DNA of 64,000 nt from Owenia fusiformis (lineage: Eukaryota): positions 14,632,001-14,696,000 of the forward strand of contig CAIIXF020000001.1 of NCBI GenBank assembly GCA_903813345.2, in the 5' to 3' direction. Below the pieces are notes generated by a model. That model was not told the DNA's origin. It saw only the letters and a list, made by a program, of their open reading frames with translations, and did not search any database. The position numbers and the translations under genes were made by a program. Numbering within the stretch: the first letter of the stretch is position 1; each line of letters opens with the position of its first letter. Shown piece after piece: positions 63,401-64,000 of the stretch.

Positions 63401-64000
63401 TCTGGACAGTTTACATTGTGATCCTGGTCATGTATATGATATGTGGAACTAGTTAAACTGACTGGATGTCAAAATAGAACATAAAATTATTATTTTTAAA
63501 CCCAGCATGGTTTTGTCACTTCCTGTTTTGTCATTTTCTGTGTGAGACCTAATTTATTCTCTATATTGCAATTCCAATGGAGCTACTCAGAGCTGACTTT
63601 GACTTCTGTCAGCTCGGAAGAGTAAGTGCAAGGCATGGAAAATTCTTCTATATTGTAATCATAAGGTCAACCTATTGTGATCTTCTCTGGACTTTTGTCC
63701 TGGCACCAGATAATAATTAGTACAGATAGACAGATGCACAGGATGACAGCTGGGTCTGTCTTCTATTTTGGATCAACAAGAACATTTTGAATCTTTACTC
63801 ACATATTGTTTCAGTTCATCCTCAGTGCCCTTGAAAAACTTCTTCTCGTATTCGTATCGAGTCATTTTTGTCACAACTGCAGCTGTTTTTGGGTTAAATG
63901 CTGACTGATCCCCATTTTGGAATAAATTTCTCCTTGAGAAGTGTCCATACACGGACACTTGCAAGATATTTTGACAGTTTTGGACATTTCCAATGGTTCT
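51299..64000 (-). CDS. NADK2: NAD kinase 2, mitochondrial; 5'-partial, 9 exons visible
   Basis: Exons 64000-63803, 56427-56339, 56045-55869, 55417-55334, 55031-54930, 54615-54487, 54017-53866, 53429-53289, 51474-51299 splice in frame (all GT-AG). Motifs VVTKMTRYEYE, AGGDGTYLLAASKV, IGVNSDP.RSEGYLC, RQRIRV, ALNEVFIGE, KQKSSGITVCTGTGS, DACLVLDG..SF.FNDGAIA are collinear with vertebrate NADK2. Confidence 0.95.
51536..51740. mobile_element. CAG-ended MITE with 5-bp TSD
   Basis: TTGCT|CAGTGATCTCCC...GGGAGACCACTG|TTGCT. Confidence 0.65.
53289..53429 (-). CDS. NADK2: NADK2 exon
   Basis: NEISDCKLPKDVELLSRKLTRRFNCSLKFPPEEHKMAYTVRDPVIN, 141 nt, phase 1-1. Confidence 0.9.
53866..54017 (-). CDS. NADK2: NADK2 exon
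   Basis: VSYYEISIDGSPSVKQKSSGITVCTGTGSSSWHFHINHITKEDIKKILRI, 152 nt. Confidence 0.95.
54487..54615 (-). CDS. NADK2: NADK2 exon with NE motif
   Basis: ...RILPHLALNEVFIGETNSA, 129 nt. Confidence 0.92.
54930..55031 (-). CDS. NADK2: NADK2 exon
   Basis: WKRRQRIRVTMSGKHMDDDPVELHDSQLKALEL, 102 nt. Confidence 0.92.
55334..55417 (-). CDS. NADK2: NADK2 exon
   Basis: SEGYLCIPKQLSTNFSHALDRLLDGKF, 84 nt, phase 2-2. Confidence 0.92.
55869..56045 (-). CDS. NADK2: NADK2 exon with GGDGT motif
   Basis: tttcag|...WPDVVFTAGGDGTYLLAASKVTNQDIPVIGVNSDPA|gtaatg, 177 nt. Confidence 0.95.
56339..56427 (-). CDS. NADK2: NADK2 exon
   Basis: tttcag|LYSKGSDYNILLMRYRTHQNSLNSIVNAL|gtaagt, 89 nt. Confidence 0.9.
58056..58505. 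mobile_element. Kolobok-like MITE
   Basis: TTAA TSD; 17-bp TIR GGATGCAGTACCGGGTC. Confidence 0.8.
60806..63323. mobile_element. TA-TSD MITE split by the Kolobok-like insertion; uninterrupted relative at about 47546-47880
   Basis: TA|CAGTCTGTTACAC...GTGTAACAGACTG|TA; TIRs of about 120 bp. Confidence 0.8.
60952..63084. mobile_element. Kolobok-like non-autonomous element (2133 bp)
   Basis: TTAA TSD on both sides; perfect 21-bp TIR GGTGGGACCTGGTCCGTCAGC. Confidence 0.85.
63803..64000 (-). CDS. NADK2: NADK2 exon (open to the window edge; N-terminal region)
   Basis: ...AFNPKTAAVVTKMTRYEYEKKFFKGTEDELKQY|gtgagt. Confidence 0.9.

Overview
AT-rich, intron-rich eukaryotic (animal) DNA. A marine invertebrate or lophotrochozoan source is inferred from repeat types only. 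Three spliced genes can be reconstructed with consistent exon phases. (1) A + strand SLC6 Na+/Cl- dependent, glycine-transporter-like gene (exons 1296-40878; the TM1 exon and start lie upstream of the window). (2) A - strand 363-aa Cdc123/R2K-type ATP-grasp gene with two coding exons (47301-45885) and a possible N-terminal WH2-like motif. (3) The - strand mitochondrial NAD kinase NADK2 (>64000-51299). The most striking feature is a cluster of five tandem, homologous 113-nt exons (25791-31632) in the SLC6 gene. Each encodes EL4b-TM8, which includes Na2/substrate-site residues, and each has the same phase (1 to 0), as expected for mutually exclusive exons. One uses a GC donor, and candidate docking/selector complementarity is visible. 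Introns are packed with nested non-autonomous DNA transposons: an 11.4-kb Sola-like element containing a 3.1-kb foldback element with minisatellite arms, Helentron-type elements carrying satellite arrays, and TTAA-, TA- and 5/6-bp-TSD MITEs.
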